Origin: Moraxella sp.
GTDB lineage: Bacteria; Pseudomonadota; Gammaproteobacteria; Pseudomonadales; Moraxellaceae
Direction of reading: 5' to 3'
Assembly (NCBI GenBank): GCA_041811915.1
Contig: JBGXSA010000021.1
Coordinates: 2,656-66,655, forward strand
DNA length: 64,000 bases
In this document: positions 42,814 through 54,760 of the stretch, one piece after another
Numbering within the stretch: the first letter of the stretch is position 1
Layout of the letters: each line of letters opens with the position of its first letter
Notes under the pieces: generated by a model
Databases searched by the model: none
The model's input: only the letters and a program-made list of their open reading frames with translations
What the model was told of the DNA's origin: nothing
Position numbers and translations under genes: made by a program

Positions 42814-43431
42814 TTAAATTATCTTCTTCTTTTTGTTTATGTATTTGTCGGATAATATCAAGATACTGATGAATGCATTGATTATTACATACAAATAAAT
42901 ATTGATTATTGATTTGGCACTATAAGATAAATTGACTAAATGTCTTTTAAAATCAAATTCTAAATCAGATATTTGGTTGATATGAGTAAATAAATTAATT
43001 GAAAAATCTATCCATTTTATTTTATCAAAAAATAAAGCAAGATAAATATCTGGAATTAGTACTAAAAATAATAAAGTGATTTGATAAGCATTATCAATGG
43101 CATAAATATAGCTTTTTGTGGTTTTTGAAAATTTATTTCTAAGTTTAAAAAAGACAATAAAAATAACATTATAAGCTAATAATACCGACCAAAAAATTTT
43201 CTGATAAAACAAAGAAAAATATTCACCTTGGCTATTCATTAAATGGCTAATGGTAGCGGTACTGCATAATAACAAGCCATAAATTATCAATGATGACAAA
43301 AATCCAACCAATAAAGCGTTTTTTGGTTGATGATAAGTGATGATATTTTTGACAGCAATCCAGACTGAACAGAGTAAAGGTGCATGAATCAAAAAGATAA
43401 AAACATAAATGGCTAAAAAATCAAAGTTCAT
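42814..43431 (-). CDS. hypothetical AT-rich membrane protein
   Basis: 205-aa ORF, very AT-rich, about 5 hydrophobic segments, GGAG RBS upstream; no recognised motif. Confidence 0.6.
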   Translation of the reverse strand: MNFDFLAIYVFIFLIHAPLLCSVWIAVKNIITYHQPKNALLVGFLSSLIIYGLLLCSTATISHLMNSQGEYFSLFYQKIFWSVLLAYNVIFIVFFKLRNKFSKTTKSYIYAIDNAYQITLLFLVLIPDIYLALFFDKIKWIDFSINLFTHINQISDLEFDFKRHLVNLSYSAKSIINIYLYVIINAFISILILSDKYINKKKKII

Positions 43432-43556
43432 AAATACATTCTCCTATTTGTATTTTAATTATAAATAGCCATTATATTTTTATGATGAAATTTTTATGAA
43501 ATTAATATGAAAAAACAGCACTTTCAAGCACCGTTTTTATTCACTCAATTATCAAA

Positions 43557-44360
43557 TCACCGCTTATTAAAGCCCTTACTTTGTAAAAATGCCAAAATCT
43601 CAGGGCGAACAGGCTTGCCAAAGGTGGCTCGGATTTGGTCTGTCCAGTCCATGTCAATTTTGCGGGTGTTGTAATAGTCTTTGACCGTTTGGTTATAAGT
43701 CGCCAATACATCGTCATCGGCAGGCTTATAGCTGTCCACCGACACCAAAGTATCCAAAGGCAGACGTGGACGTTGCGACTGATTCATCGCTGCGTCCCAG
43801 TCGGGGTGCCCTAGGCACAGACCAAACAGAGGCACGACATGGTCGGGCAGCTCAAGCAGCTCACTGGCTCGCTGAATGTCGTTACGCACGCTGCCGATAT
43901 ACACCCCGCCAAGCCCCAAGCTTTCGGCGGCGGCAAGCATATTTTGAGCCATCAAAGCAGCGTCAATTGAGCCGATGAGCGACACTTCCGTCCAATCAAG
44001 CTCGGCCTCTGGCACAAGCATTTTGTGGCGATGACCGTCCATACAAAACACCAAATATTCAGCACAGCTCTCCACATAATCATGCCCTAGGCGTTTGCCT
44101 TGGGCGATGAGTTCGTTGTATTTTTCTTCGGACAGGTTGTTGGAGATTTGGCGAAAAGCGGTACGCTTGGCAGGGTCAACAACACGCACCACGCTCACCG
44201 CCTGCAAAAAACTAGACGTGGACACTGCACGTCCGCACTCCAAAATGGTGCTTAGCATTTCATCAGAAATCGGCTCGCCTGTATAACGGCGAACAGAGCG
44301 GTGATTGAGCAGTGTCGCCACGCACGCTTGACTGTCTTGTACTTGATGATTTGAATTCAT
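43557..44360 (-). CDS. nfsA: oxygen-insensitive NADPH nitroreductase / flavin reductase
   Basis: HRSVRRY, STSSFLQ, GSIDAALMAQN, GGVYIGSVRN and RPRLP. Confidence 0.9.
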   Translation of the reverse strand: MNSNHQVQDSQACVATLLNHRSVRRYTGEPISDEMLSTILECGRAVSTSSFLQAVSVVRVVDPAKRTAFRQISNNLSEEKYNELIAQGKRLGHDYVESCAEYLVFCMDGHRHKMLVPEAELDWTEVSLIGSIDAALMAQNMLAAAESLGLGGVYIGSVRNDIQRASELLELPDHVVPLFGLCLGHPDWDAAMNQSQRPRLPLDTLVSVDSYKPADDDVLATYNQTVKDYYNTRKIDMDWTDQIRATFGKPVRPEILAFLQSKGFNKR

Positions 44361-44591
44361 AACATTCCTTAAATTATAAAAGTAAACCGATGGCTCTGAC
44401 TGGGACATTTTGACACTTGATAACACTAATTACTATCTGGCAATCATTTGGACATAAACTGGCGTTTTTGCCTTAAAAATAGCAAATACCAAATGTCAGA
44501 ATACCCCAGTCAATCGTAGGGAAACCACAAAAAATCTGTTATAATCCCAACCATCGCAAATTTATTTAGATTGTAAAGAAAAGGACACACA

Positions 44592-45065
44592 ATGTCAAAA
44601 AATTCTAAAAAACCACAAGGGCAAATCGCCAGTAACAAAAAAGCCCACCACGATTATTTCATTGAAGACACTTATGAAGCTGGGCTTGAGCTGCTTGGTT
44701 GGGAGGTCAAAGCCATTCGTGCAGGCAAAATGCGAATTAGCGAAAGTTATGTGATTTTTAAAAACGGTGAAGCGTTTTTGTTTGGGGCAAGCATCACACC
44801 GCTCATCACAAGTTCCACCCACGTCAATCCAGACAGCCTGCGTACTCGCAAATTGCTGTTGCACCGCCGTGAAATTGACAAATTATTTGGCATGGTCAAT
44901 CAAAAAGGCTATGCGTGCGTGGCGTTGGCGTGCTACTGGAAGGGCAGTCGTGTCAAATGCGAAATCGCCCTTGCCAAAGGCAAAAAACTGCACGACAAAC
45001 GAGCCACCCTAAAAGAGCGAGATTTTGCTCGTGATAAACAACGTGGCTTTAAAAATATGCACTAA
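44592..45065 (+). CDS. smpB: SsrA-binding protein
   Basis: [28 protein letters not shown] and KGKKLHDKR. Confidence 0.98.
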   Translation: MSKNSKKPQGQIASNKKAHHDYFIEDTYEAGLELLGWEVKAIRAGKMRISESYVIFKNGEAFLFGASITPLITSSTHVNPDSLRTRKLLLHRREIDKLFGMVNQKGYACVALACYWKGSRVKCEIALAKGKKLHDKRATLKERDFARDKQRGFKNMH

Positions 45066-45101
45066 CCATCCTTATTAAAACCAAAACAACAAGGACGTTG
45101 T

Positions 45102-45485
45102 ATGAACATCACAAGCATTGATCACATCGTACTGACTACAAGCGACATTGAGCGTACTTTGGCGTTTTATACCCAAGTGCTTGGTATGCAAGAAATCAGC
45201 TTTGGCGACAACCGCAAAGCCTTGTTGTTTGGTCAGCAAAAAATCAATCTGCACGAAGTGGGCAAAGAGATTTTGCCCAACGCCAGCAACGCCAATACAG
45301 GCACTTTGGACATCTGTTTATTGACCGACACTCCTTTGGATGAAGTGATGGATACACTTATCAAGCACAATGTTGCTGTTTTGGAGGGTGGGATTGTGCC
45401 ACGCACAGGGGCGGTCGGCAAAATCTCATCCATCTATTGCCGAGATCCTGAGGGTAATTTGATTGAAATCAGTTGTTATGATTAA
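45102..45485 (+). CDS. VOC/glyoxalase family protein
   Basis: IDHIVLT..FYTQVLG; RTGAVGKISSIYCRDPEGNLIE. Confidence 0.9.
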   Translation: MNITSIDHIVLTTSDIERTLAFYTQVLGMQEISFGDNRKALLFGQQKINLHEVGKEILPNASNANTGTLDICLLTDTPLDEVMDTLIKHNVAVLEGGIVPRTGAVGKISSIYCRDPEGNLIEISCYD

Positions 45486-45570
45486 AACCATCAAGCACGA
45501 TGAATGGTTGGGGTGTGGTATAAGCACAGATAAGCTTATGGCTATTAAACTTATTAACTGTTAGATACAC

Positions 45571-46476
45571 TTACTCTTGCCCCAGCCGCCGCTTATTTAT
45601 CAGCACACCATGCACAATCAAACACATAATCCCAAGCCAAATCAAGCCGTAGCTTAGCAGCATTTGCATGGTCAAAGGCTCACCCAAAAACACAATCGCC
45701 ACCAGAAATAACAATAATGGCTCAAGATAGCTTAACATACCAAACAAACTGACAGGCAACAGTCGCACCGCTTGCAAATTTGCCATAAAAGCAAGGACGC
45801 TCAATGCCCCAAGCCCAAGCACCTTGAAAATGGCAAAGCTTGAGATGGTCGCATACAGCAGCTGACTGTCATACACCAAATACGCCACACCCATCGGCAA
45901 AAACATGGCACAATCCACAAACAGCCCTGTAATGGCGCGCACGCCCTGCCGCCGCCGCATGATGTAATAAATCGGATAAGTCAAGCACACCCAAAACGTC
46001 GCCCACGACAAACTGCCGCCTTGCACAAGCTCCATGGCAACGCCGATGGCAGCCAGTGTGGTGGCAAGTTTTTGTAAGGCGGACAGCCGCTCACCAAACA
46101 CCACCACGCCTGCCAGCACCATCACAAGCGGAAACAAAAAATAACCCATCGCCACCGCCACGCCCTCATTATTCAAAGGTGCCCACATAAAAAGCCACAG
46201 CTGACTTAGCATGATGGGCGTGGGTGCCAAAAAAATAAGCCATTGATTTTTTTGATGAATTGCTTTTAAATCATTCATCACAAGCGTATGCTGACCGCTT
46301 GCCAGCAAATACACAACCACCACCGCAAACATCGCCAGCAGTCGCCACACAAACACCTGTGTACCTGTCATGGGAGCAAGCCACGCCCCATACACATAAA
46401 AAGTGCCAAACAAAACATTGGATATAATTGCTAGGGCAACACCAATCCCAAGTGAACGGGAGTTTAAAATACTCAT
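45571..46476 (-). CDS. rarD: EamA-family transporter RarD
   Basis: WLFMWAPLN, MGYFLFPL, SYLEP; 10 TM-like segments. Confidence 0.85.
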   Translation of the reverse strand: MSILNSRSLGIGVALAIISNVLFGTFYVYGAWLAPMTGTQVFVWRLLAMFAVVVVYLLASGQHTLVMNDLKAIHQKNQWLIFLAPTPIMLSQLWLFMWAPLNNEGVAVAMGYFLFPLVMVLAGVVVFGERLSALQKLATTLAAIGVAMELVQGGSLSWATFWVCLTYPIYYIMRRRQGVRAITGLFVDCAMFLPMGVAYLVYDSQLLYATISSFAIFKVLGLGALSVLAFMANLQAVRLLPVSLFGMLSYLEPLLLFLVAIVFLGEPLTMQMLLSYGLIWLGIMCLIVHGVLINKRRLGQE

Positions 46477-46619
46477 ATCATTTTCTTTGATGGTAAATTT
46501 ATCGCATATTGTAGTGGCTTTGTAAGAAAAAATATCTTAATTTTGATTGGTATAATGAGTTTATTTTGCATAAACTCATAATTTTTGATAAAATTTCTCT
46601 TATTTTAAGGATATTTGCC

Positions 46620-47084
46620 ATGCACGCCATAGATGAGATTGACAAGCACATCTTAAACTTATTGCAAGACAATGCCAATTTGCCACTCAAACGCATTGCC
46701 GAAATCATCGGCACCTCGCTTGCCACCGCCCAAAGACGCATTCAAGCTTTGCACCAACAAAAAATCATTGAGCGTACTGTGGCGATTGTCAATACCACCA
46801 AAGTCAATCAGCCGTTGTTTGTGCTTGTGCTTATCAAGATGATTAAATCCAATTCGCCCATGCAGCACCGCTTTGAGCGGCTGATGGCAAGCTGTGAGCA
46901 GGTGATGGCGTGCTATGAGATTTCAGGCGATTATGATTTTGTGCTGATGGTTGCCAATCAAGACATGCAAGACTATCATCAATTCACTCGCCAAATGCTG
47001 ACGGGCGATAATAATGTGGCAAATTTTAATAGCCAATTCGTCATGAATTCGGTAAAATCTAGCACCAAAATCCATCTTAAATAA
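46620..47084 (+). CDS. Lrp/AsnC family transcriptional regulator
   Basis: IDEIDKHILNLLQDNA HTH; CYEISGDYDFVL; divergent from rarD. Confidence 0.9.
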   Translation: MHAIDEIDKHILNLLQDNANLPLKRIAEIIGTSLATAQRRIQALHQQKIIERTVAIVNTTKVNQPLFVLVLIKMIKSNSPMQHRFERLMASCEQVMACYEISGDYDFVLMVANQDMQDYHQFTRQMLTGDNNVANFNSQFVMNSVKSSTKIHLK

Positions 47085-47110
47085 CCACAGCAACGCTTGA
47101 TAGGCTTTTT

Positions 47111-47731
47111 ATGTCATTATTTCATTTTAAAAAAATCTTGTATGTCGCATGGATACTGTCATCTGCCGTGCCGCTGATGGCGTGTCAGCAAAGCAATCCA
47201 GCACCCAAGCAGGCAGACAACCAAACAGCACCCACCCAAAGCACCCCATCACCCCAAAATCAAAACCAAAGCCAAACCAATACAACTGCGTCTGTTGTAG
47301 CCACGCCCATTCGCATAGATTGGACGCAAGTGGACAGCAAAGTAATACCCATCAACCCTGATGACTATGCCTATCCATTTGCACTTGACAGCATGCCTGT
47401 CAAAAACTACGCCACCGCCTACAACATCACGCCCAAGCAAGCTCAGCACAGCATGATGCTCGCCATGGCAAGTCCCGAAGCACTTAACAAGGTATTGGAT
47501 CAAATTCAAGGGCATTATTTGGGGCACAGCCTGACCGATGGGGCGGATATGAGTTTGGTGATTTATACCAGTGATGCGGTCGTGCCAAGCCGTTTTGATT
47601 ATGTCTTTGCAGATAAATTTGGTGAAGGCTTGGTGTTGCCGATTGTCATCACGCCCAAATCACAAGCCAAGCAGCCGCCACAGGTGGACATGAGCCACGC
47701 AAATCTGCACAAAAGCGACACGCCGCGATAA
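47111..47731 (+). CDS. hypothetical lipoprotein
   Basis: Lipobox LMAC followed by a Q/P/T/N-rich linker and a globular C-terminal region. Confidence 0.75.
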   Translation: MSLFHFKKILYVAWILSSAVPLMACQQSNPAPKQADNQTAPTQSTPSPQNQNQSQTNTTASVVATPIRIDWTQVDSKVIPINPDDYAYPFALDSMPVKNYATAYNITPKQAQHSMMLAMASPEALNKVLDQIQGHYLGHSLTDGADMSLVIYTSDAVVPSRFDYVFADKFGEGLVLPIVITPKSQAKQPPQVDMSHANLHKSDTPR

Positions 47732-47820
47732 GTTTTCAAAATAGCTAAAAAACCACGCACAGCTTTGTTTGGCTTTATTGGATAGAGTCAAACAAAGCTG
47801 TGTCAATGGTTTAATTTGTA

Positions 47821-47870
47821 CCAACTCAACTCCAAACTTGCTACAAGATGTAAGGTGCGTATTACGCACC
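47821..47870 (+). repeat. REP-like element family B
   Basis: GTAA-GGTGCGT-ATT-ACGCACC palindrome; the whole 50 bp resembles 54454-54505. Confidence 0.7.
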
Positions 47871-47977
47871 GTTTTAAATTAAAGCTCTTTCATCATGTGT
47901 CATGCATATCTAATGCTAAACCCAACTTTTCAGACAACCTCCAATTTTATTGGGTTTGCAACCCAAATTACACGCGA

Positions 47978-48388
47978 CTATGAGCTAGCTTCTTCACAAT
48001 TTAATGCTTTCTTTAAATCTTTAAAATACAATTTCTGTTGCTTTCTCAAATATAACCCTACAAAAAGCTTAAATATGAATTTTTTAGACACAATATTTTC
48101 GGTAAAATCTAAAGTTGTTCTATCTCCATGAGAATAAAATTTCCCTGTCCAATTTCCTTTGATATTTTCATTTTCTATTTCAAATGCCCAACTTTGATTT
48201 TGAATACATTCTGTAACTTTAAAATATGTTTCAGTTCCATCTTTAGAAATTTCCACAAATGTATTCTCATCTATAATTCTTATACTTATTAAGTCACTCC
48301 GCCAAGCAAAATCATTTAAATCAGTTACCTTATTCCACACTTTTTCTATTGGGCATAGAAGAGTAACCTTTATATTAGCAGTCGCCAT
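47978..48388 (-). CDS. SRPBCC / polyketide cyclase family protein (low GC)
   Basis: IEKVWNKVTD..WRSDL..FEIENENIKGNWTGKF..LYLRKQQ; resembles a small SRPBCC family I recall from Firmicutes/oral bacteria. Confidence 0.7.
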   Translation of the reverse strand: MATANIKVTLLCPIEKVWNKVTDLNDFAWRSDLISIRIIDENTFVEISKDGTETYFKVTECIQNQSWAFEIENENIKGNWTGKFYSHGDRTTLDFTENIVSKKFIFKLFVGLYLRKQQKLYFKDLKKALNCEEASS

Positions 48389-48479
48389 ACTGTTATCCTT
48401 TTCATAACAATTTAATTTTTTTGTATTACTATAACAAATATAACCATGCTACATTTTACTGTCTGAAACATTTTCAGCA

Positions 48480-48672
48480 GTAGTTCGGGCATTTCTACCC
48501 AACAAAATATTGAAATGTAGAAATATGTCGGGCATCAATGCCTGACCTAAAAATTTGTTTAAAAATAGCATGATGTAGTTTTTAGCCCATCTTTTAGGGT
48601 GTGTTGGTATTTCAATCTGCGCGAAAAATTTAGATAAGTCGTAAGCCTTGTTGGGCAATAAACTTGTCAACA
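48480..48672. repeat. cluster of degenerate REP-like palindromes
   Basis: GTAG-TTCGGGCATTTCTACCCAA (48480); GTCGGGCAT-CA-ATGCCTGAC-CTAA (48527-48550); TGTTGGGCAATAAACTTGTCAACA (about 48648-48672). Confidence 0.55.
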
Positions 48673-48814
48673 TGATAATATTGACAAACCCATCAATAAT
48701 AAAAGGCAAGATTTAACTTGTTTTTGCCAAAAGTGCATTCATGGCTTTAATAGATAACATTTTTTCTTAAGACATATGAAATGTCAATACACCCCAAGTT
48801 TATCAACAAAAGCA

Positions 48815-49708
48815 TTAATGACTGGTTTTGGCATTGCCAATGGAGCCCAAATAAATCGCCGCCATCGTTAAGCTTGCCCCTACCCACTGCATACCATTGA
48901 TGGGCTTATTTAGCCACAGATAGTCAATGACAAGTGCCGCCACAGGCTCAGACAATAGCAAAAGCCCTGTGACAGTCAAGCTTAGCTTTGGGATGTTATA
49001 AGCAATCAAACCCCATGCCAAGCACTGCATGACTGCACCATAGACCACCACCCAGCCAAGCTCTGACAGCGTTTTGGGCAAAATCGCACCGCCATCAAAC
49101 ACAATCATCAAAGGCAGTGTCGCCATCGCACCGCCCAAGCCAACGAGCGTCATGATGGGAAAAATCGCCACCGCCTCAATCTTGTGCGTATGACGTACCC
49201 ACACCATAGAAATCGCCAAAAACATCCCTGACAATATCCCAGAGACAAAGCCCCAAAACGCCCCTTGATTGTGCGAAAATTCAGGGCTGGCAATCAGCCC
49301 GACGCCCACCACTGCAATCACAAGGCTGACCAGCTGCAAAAGGCTTTGTTTTTCCTTAAAAAACACAAAACCAATCAACGCCAAAAAGAAAATCTGCAAG
49401 CTGTTTAATAAAGTAGAAATCCCCGGCCCTACCGCATGAATGCTCTCATGCCATAACGCCAAATCAAGCCCCAACACCACCCCTGCTAATAGCCCAAAGA
49501 CAATGGCAGGCTTTTGGGTGGGGAATTTTTGTCCAAACGCCAAGCCAAGCCCAATAAAAATCAAAGCCGAGATGAGTAGCCGCCAAAACGCCATCGCATA
49601 CGAGCCAATGGACACATGAGCAACAATCAGACTGCCCATGCCAAACAAAATGCAGCCGAATAATAGTCCCACCCCTGCCCATGTGTCATTTTTTGCGCGC
49701 AATGCCAT
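48815..49708 (-). CDS. DMT/EamA family transporter
   Basis: MAFWRLL; ESIHAVGPGISTLLNSLQ; LLLSEPVAA; two EamA halves. Confidence 0.88.
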   Translation of the reverse strand: MALRAKNDTWAGVGLLFGCILFGMGSLIVAHVSIGSYAMAFWRLLISALIFIGLGLAFGQKFPTQKPAIVFGLLAGVVLGLDLALWHESIHAVGPGISTLLNSLQIFFLALIGFVFFKEKQSLLQLVSLVIAVVGVGLIASPEFSHNQGAFWGFVSGILSGMFLAISMVWVRHTHKIEAVAIFPIMTLVGLGGAMATLPLMIVFDGGAILPKTLSELGWVVVYGAVMQCLAWGLIAYNIPKLSLTVTGLLLLSEPVAALVIDYLWLNKPINGMQWVGASLTMAAIYLGSIGNAKTSH

Positions 49709-49724
49709 TGCCCTCTCCTTGCCA

Positions 49725-51851
<2,127 letters not shown>

Positions 51852-52013
51852 TTATTTGAGTATTAATTAAAACCATTCACCGCAAGACCATGCCATGAAC
51901 CATGTTGCACAAATCGCATCTTCAATTTTTAAGAGCAATCATGGATTATGCCGACCTTTGCTGTGTATGATTCATGAAAAAACGCCCACATAGGGCGTTG
52001 GGGCTAAACTTAT

Positions 52014-52970
52014 TTAGATTTGATGTTGTTCGGCAATCGTGCGCATCGTCATCAGCTGTTTGTCGTCAATCAAAAAGCCTTTTTCGTCGTGCAAATCACC
52101 TTGAATCATCTCCGCCATATCGCGCGCCACCTCTGCCATGCTATCAAAGCCCTTGACTGCCTGTGGGTGAGGCAATGACAAAAACAGCGCAAGTCCGCGA
52201 TAATTTTCTGTCATCATCGTATTCAAATCAAACGCCACAATGCCCTCATGCGTCACACCAAGCACACTAAACCACAGCATACCCGTCCCATCAGGCTGTT
52301 CATAGCGATGAAACATATTCATAATGCCGTATTTGAGCGCATAGGTTTTGGCAAGCTCAAGCACTTTTTTGCCACTTAATAAGCCAAAGCTGTTTTGTGG
52401 GGTAATCATGATGGTCAAATTGCGCTTGTGATTGATGAGCGCATCATTATTGCGCAAAGACTCCAGCGCCTCTTGCTCATCAAAATATTCGTCAAGCATG
52501 GGCGATTGCTCTGTCAAATTGACCTGAGTACGATTATCAAACTGATGCTGAACGGGAATCTCGTGTGCGCGCGCAGACTCTTTGGGCGCAGCTGTCTGCG
52601 CCTGCGCTTTGGGCGTATCAACCTCCGTGCCCGTCTCATCACTGTGGGCTTTTTTGTGCTCGCCTGTATGCAAGCTTGCCGCCGCCGCAAGATTGGACAG
52701 CGCGTCATGCTCTGCTTGCACTTTGGCCGTGTCAATGTCAATTTTGTCTGTCATGCCCTCATTAATATTGACCACCATCTCATCGGTCTTATCCGCCGCC
52801 ACATCGTCATGACGTTTGTGACGCGGCATAATGGGCACGCCATCTTTGTGCGCCACCTCGTCACTGACCATGCCCGTACCGCTTTTGCTTTGGCGCATAC
52901 TGGCAATAAAAATCAAAAAGCCAAAAACAAACGCCAAACCTGCCAAAATATAAAAAACCGTATGATTCAT
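52014..52970 (-). CDS. zipA: cell division protein ZipA
   Basis: Single N-terminal TM, charged linker, C-terminal FtsZ-binding domain (YGIMNMFHRY, GLALFLSLP); upstream of ligA. Confidence 0.85.
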   Translation of the reverse strand: MNHTVFYILAGLAFVFGFLIFIASMRQSKSGTGMVSDEVAHKDGVPIMPRHKRHDDVAADKTDEMVVNINEGMTDKIDIDTAKVQAEHDALSNLAAAASLHTGEHKKAHSDETGTEVDTPKAQAQTAAPKESARAHEIPVQHQFDNRTQVNLTEQSPMLDEYFDEQEALESLRNNDALINHKRNLTIMITPQNSFGLLSGKKVLELAKTYALKYGIMNMFHRYEQPDGTGMLWFSVLGVTHEGIVAFDLNTMMTENYRGLALFLSLPHPQAVKGFDSMAEVARDMAEMIQGDLHDEKGFLIDDKQLMTMRTIAEQHQI

Positions 52971-53260
52971 AAACGCAATCGCAATGCCTGATAAATGCTG
53001 ATTAGCATAACAAAAACTTGGCAGCTTGGCTACTGATTTTTGATGAGTATGCGCAAGTTTTGTTTGAACGACGATTTTGCTTTTGATGATTGGCAATTAA
53101 TGATTAATGATTGGTAAATAGCAAAGCAACATGAGCAAATAATCGGCATACCATTCACCAACACAGCCAAAATTACAAAGCAAAAAAGCCTCAGTCATGC
53201 TGAGGCCATACAAACGTTTGGTCATCTAACGTTTGGTTTGTCTGTGTGCAATATCGTCAA

Positions 53261-53521
53261 TTATTTTTTTGAGCGAGAAGCAAACGCACCAAAACGCTTG
53301 TTGAAGCTTGCCACACGACCTTCGTTTGCCGCTTTGCGCTGTTCACCAGTATAAAACGGATGAGAGGCTGACGAAATGTCCAGTGGGAAATATGGGTATT
53401 CTTGACCTTCATATTCACGCGTTGTCTTGGTGGCAACGGTAGAGCGAGTCAAAAAGTAAACATCGGCGTTGGTATCATGAAATAACACATCGCGATATTC
53501 TGGGTGAATGTCTTTACGCAT
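53261..53521 (-). CDS. rpmE2: 50S ribosomal protein L31, type B (Zn-independent)
   Basis: [33 protein letters not shown]; no Cys. Confidence 0.95.
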   Translation of the reverse strand: MRKDIHPEYRDVLFHDTNADVYFLTRSTVATKTTREYEGQEYPYFPLDISSASHPFYTGEQRKAANEGRVASFNKRFGAFASRSKK

Positions 53522-53649
53522 AATCAATCCTATCCAATAAACCTAAGCACCAATCTCAATCTCAGCCACACCATCATCAAAACCATTTTGACATGTCGCA
53601 CCGAAATCCCCAAAAAATCAGCCCTCTTAGGTGGGAACATAAAAGGACT

Positions 53650-53678
53650 ATTCTAGCACACAAACCGCATGACTGCAA
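53650..53678 (-). promoter_or_regulatory. sigma70 promoter for L31 with a 5' leader of about 120 nt
   Basis: TTGCAG-17 nt-TAGAAT with TGn extension. Confidence 0.6.
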
Positions 53679-53911
53679 TTTATTTTTGTGCGCTATTATC
53701 CATACTGCAAGCACATCAATACACAAGCCATCACAAAGACAGATTAAGACCAAAACAACGCGCTCCAGCACGGCTTTATACAGTCATAAAAGCTGATACG
53801 CCAACAATTTTTGCATATTTTTGGGTAATTTATTGGGGTCATTTGGGTTTTTGGATAATTTGGCGTATGATAATACAATTCACTACTAACGCAATTCGCC
53901 ACCAAGGATAA

Positions 53912-54423
53912 ATGATGACTGCATTGCAATTTAAAATCCCAACACTTGCCGACAAACAGCGAATTTTAACCTTTCGCCGTGAATTTAATGCCGTTTATGA
54001 CGCCATGCATGGTGCCAATGAATTAAATGCGTTTAGTGATGGCGGTTTTGTTACATCCATGCCCCAGCGGACACGCAGTGGTTTGAATACCAAAAAGTTG
54101 CCGACAGCACTTACATCGCCCTGATAGACGATACGGTGGTGGCGATTATGCATATACGCCATACGCTCAATGATATGTTATTAAAGCAAGGCGGTCATGT
54201 GGGCTATAGCACGCACCCTACCTATCAAGGGCAAGGCATTGCTACCGCCATGCTCGGCTTTGCTGTGCAAAAGCTGAATGAATTGGGCGTGCAAAAGGTG
54301 CTTGTCACGTGTGATGATGACAATATCGCTTCTGCCAAAGTCATTGAGAAAAATGGCGGCATTTTGGAAAATACACTCAAAAAACCCAATGGTACCAAAA
54401 TAAGAAGATATTGGATTGGCTGA
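53912..54423 (+). pseudogene. GNAT-family acetyltransferase, frameshifted
   Basis: The 5' part (MTALQFKIPTLADK..MHGAN) and the 3' part (WRFCYIHAPA..STYIAL..HIRHTLN..GGHVGYSTHP..GQGIAT..TCDDDNIASAKVIEKNGG) are in different frames; shift near 54040. Confidence 0.8.
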
Positions 54424-54453
54424 TTAAAAGAATTAAAAAAAGAGTTGCTACAC

Positions 54454-54685
54454 CCACCCAGCTCCAAACTTACCACAAGATGTCAAGTGTGTATTACGCA
54501 CTTGATGTTAAAAAACTAATCTTGTGGTAGTTTTGTGTTGGGTTTTGCAAGCTCAACCTAAGCCTACGCTCAACGCCAATTTACGACATCACACCACCGC
54601 ATTTTTATAATTTTTCAATACAATCAATGATTTAGATTGGGTGGAGGCACGACACTCAACGTGTTTAAACGACACCCAACATTTT
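54454..54685. repeat. BIME-like cluster of REP-like elements (families A and B)
   Basis: Family B at 54454-54505; family A on minus at 54536-54567 (GTAGGCTTAGGTTGAGCTTGCAAAACCCAACA); family A on plus at about 54633-54660, plus GACACCCAACATTTT at 54671-54685. Confidence 0.7.
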
Positions 54686-54760
54686 AAAACCAATATCACA
54701 GCGAACTGTCAAAATAAAAACGCCATCATAAGACAGCGTTTGGTTGGGGATGTGTTATTA

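Noticed and set aside
48449-48709. 86-aa minus-strand ORF
   Set aside because: Runs through REP-like palindromes, has no family motif and is better explained as non-coding repeat DNA.
52395-52991. 198-aa plus-strand ORF
   Set aside because: Antisense to zipA; no recognisable features.
53261-53521. Type-B L31 as evidence of a zinc-starvation paralogue swap
   Set aside because: No paired ykgO-like gene or clear Zur box here; it may simply be the sole L31, which cannot be decided from this window.
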